Made by a program: the position numbers and the translations under genes. This document shows positions 61,693 through 63,482 of a stretch of 63,482 nucleotides of DNA, one piece after another. Each line of letters opens with the position of its first letter. Within the stretch, counting starts at the first letter, position 1. The DNA comes from Terriglobia bacterium (lineage in GTDB: Bacteria; Acidobacteriota; Terriglobia; Versatilivoradales; Versatilivoraceae): positions 1-63,482 of the forward strand of contig JBGOTQ010000003.1 of the NCBI GenBank assembly GCA_041476565.1. The letters are read 5' to 3'. The notes under the pieces are model-generated. The model was not told where the DNA came from and made no database searches. It saw only the letters and a list, made by a program, of their open reading frames with translations.

Positions 61693-63168
61693 TCACCATG
61701 CAACGATGAACTCGGCGCGCAGGAAGGTCGCAGGATCTGGCTTTAGTGAACTGTAGTAATCGCCCGGTAAGAATAGCTCGCCCAGCAGATGTCCACTTAG
61801 ATGTTCATTGAATTTATACCTCACCAGGGCCGAGGCGAAATTCCCCCGAGACTTCCCACTTTGACTGAAGCCGGGCCTGTCTTGGAAAGGGTTACTGGCA
61901 GCGAAAAGCGGCATGTAGTCCGCATTGAGTTCCATCCGGTTTGTCGGATTGCAGCTCCATCCGAAATCCATTCGATGAAGGTTGGTCCAATACCCCACTC
62001 GCGTTTCTGTCGCGAAATTATACAAAAGCAACTCCGACCATTGCGGCCAGCGACCCCACAGGGGATCAAATCCCTCATCTCTCCCTTTTGTTCCGGGGTC
62101 ATCCCCTGAGAGGTATTCATATCCGAAACGGACACTCTGGTTAGTCCGGTTCTTCAGATTATAGCTTAGCCTGTTATTAGACCCAAAAGCCTTCAGGTCT
62201 TGTCCGTTCTTATTCCCCACCTCCGGGGCGAACTCAGCCCGGTATCTCCAATGATTATTGATGTTGCCTTCAATCCGGCCACCAAAAGCATAAATATTGC
62301 CGTTGTCTCCCCGCAATAGGATTCTTGTATCGTGCTTGTAGATGAAGTACCCGTCGATCTGTGTTTGTGGCAGCGCCTTGTTGGTAACGTAGAAGATAGC
62401 TCCGTTTTCGTTCTGTTCAACGAGAGATTTATGCTGATCATATAAGGGGGGAACCCCGCGGTTCGAAGCGGCACTTTGACTGATCCCGATCAGATCGACG
62501 GTGGTCTTCCTGCTCGCAAGAGTGTAGGTCATGCGTGCGGCGTCAAAGAACAAGGTACGTGAGCCGTCAAGTGGTGTTCCTTCTAAAACAAGCCATCCGT
62601 TGCCCAAAATGATTTCCTGACGTCCCACAGTCAAAGTCATTGGTTGGCGGGCGACGTTGCGCCAGACCATATTGAGGCTGTCGAAGATAAACTCATCCGA
62701 CACACAGCCACTCATCCGGTCAGGCTTCAGGTAGGTTCGGGGCTCGCTAGTCAAACGGACATTGAAGTCAAGTTGCTCGATAGGGTGGATTTTGGTCCAG
62801 ACGCGCATCCGGTATCGCTGGTAGCTGTATTCATGCTCAGGCAAGCCGGAGTTTAACGTGAAGACGTCGAACTGGTACTCCCAGCGGAATCGAAAATCTG
62901 CGCCCAGAGACAGCCAAGGCCAAGGGTTCTTCAGGCGGTCCGAGACGGATGATCCACCGGGTCCCTTGGACTGATCGGCGGGAGTTCCGGCCGGCTGATT
63001 CTCCGTTGCCGGTTTCGTGGATGGAATCTGGGCCTTGGATTCGGAAAGACAATAGATATGGATAAGGATAAAAGAAAACAATGCCGCCAGCATGTTGCCT
63101 GGCGATTTCTTCTTGAAGGTTTTCATTCGTGAACACCCCAAGCAAGTCAACAGCGCTGGCAGCGCCAA
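61693..63168 (-). CDS. Alginate export family outer-membrane beta-barrel
   Basis: LGADFRFRWE, VGRQEIILGNGWL, FFDAAR, YLSGDDP..FDPLWG, C-terminal aromatic residue. Start uncertain. Confidence 0.8.
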   Translation of the reverse strand: MALPALLTCLGCSRMKTFKKKSPGNMLAALFSFILIHIYCLSESKAQIPSTKPATENQPAGTPADQSKGPGGSSVSDRLKNPWPWLSLGADFRFRWEYQFDVFTLNSGLPEHEYSYQRYRMRVWTKIHPIEQLDFNVRLTSEPRTYLKPDRMSGCVSDEFIFDSLNMVWRNVARQPMTLTVGRQEIILGNGWLVLEGTPLDGSRTLFFDAARMTYTLASRKTTVDLIGISQSAASNRGVPPLYDQHKSLVEQNENGAIFYVTNKALPQTQIDGYFIYKHDTRILLRGDNGNIYAFGGRIEGNINNHWRYRAEFAPEVGNKNGQDLKAFGSNNRLSYNLKNRTNQSVRFGYEYLSGDDPGTKGRDEGFDPLWGRWPQWSELLLYNFATETRVGYWTNLHRMDFGWSCNPTNRMELNADYMPLFAASNPFQDRPGFSQSGKSRGNFASALVRYKFNEHLSGHLLGELFLPGDYYSSLKPDPATFLRAEFIVAW

Positions 63169-63335
63169 CGATCTTGCCCTCGTTTTGAATTAAGATAAGA
63201 AGATAGATGTATCCGATTAGCATTTTCTGGAAAGCTTCCGATTCTCTGTGGACATCGAGCTCCGTGGTCCTGGAAAGATGCTCGAAGTCCTACTTAATCA
63301 CTTCGTCAAAATCAAAAAGAATTCCTCTGGATAAT

Positions 63336-63482
63336 TTAAGGGAGCTTTTCCAGATTCTTCTGGAACTGATGCAACTGGCCGCAAGCTGCAGAGATATCAA
63401 CTCCGCGCGGCCGCCTGACAAAGGCAGGGAGGCTTTTGGAAACTAAAATTCCCTGAAAACGAAGCACTCGCTCGGGTGAGGA
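63336..63482 (-). CDS. rlmN: 23S rRNA m2A2503 methyltransferase, 3' end only
   Basis: Translation ...[16 protein letters not shown]... is the RlmN C-terminal signature. Not in the ORF track. Confidence 0.9.
   Translation of the reverse strand, partial: SSPERVLRFQGILVSKSLPAFVRRPRGVDISAACGQLHQFQKNLEKLP

Noticed and set aside
61487-61756. 89-aa ORF with a signal-peptide-like start
   Set aside because: It arises from the ATG in the terminal repeat of the 140 bp element.
1-63482. CRISPR or TIGR-like arrays, retron or DGR, and global UGA reassignment
   Set aside because: No regularly spaced repeats and no reverse transcriptase. Many genes end at their expected length with TGA (e.g. galU, selB, trpA), so the code is standard.

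Overview
A 63.5 kb bacterial window, probably Acidobacteriota (PadR plus ADOP duplicated permeases, Acidobacteria-style hypothetical proteins). It is mostly housekeeping: galU, selB, an MscS channel, sulfurtransferase/SufE, tRNA-Val(GAC), carD, thx, CoA-transferase A/B, a long his-trp-aro gene run, proS, glyA, def, mqnE and a partial rlmN. The main find is a gene missing from the ORF track: an AroQ chorismate mutase (23984..24283, minus strand) between trpA and the DAHP synthase gene. All its catalytic residues are intact and its stop overlaps the aroF start, but codon 27 is an in-frame UGA followed by a SECIS-like hairpin, and selB lies in the same window. It is therefore a candidate new selenoprotein or recoded gene, though a nonsense mutation or sequencing error is not excluded. 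Other points of interest are an HNH nuclease behind a terminator/antiterminator leader with a leader peptide, a dispersed ~140 bp inverted-repeat element, and a 16-nt motif abutting three stop codons. There is also a glpX fragment cut at a palindrome, a ~1250 aa receptor-like membrane protein, and a GH30/metallophosphoesterase pair with altered catalytic motifs. All calls are from reading the sequence by eye; no database searches were run.
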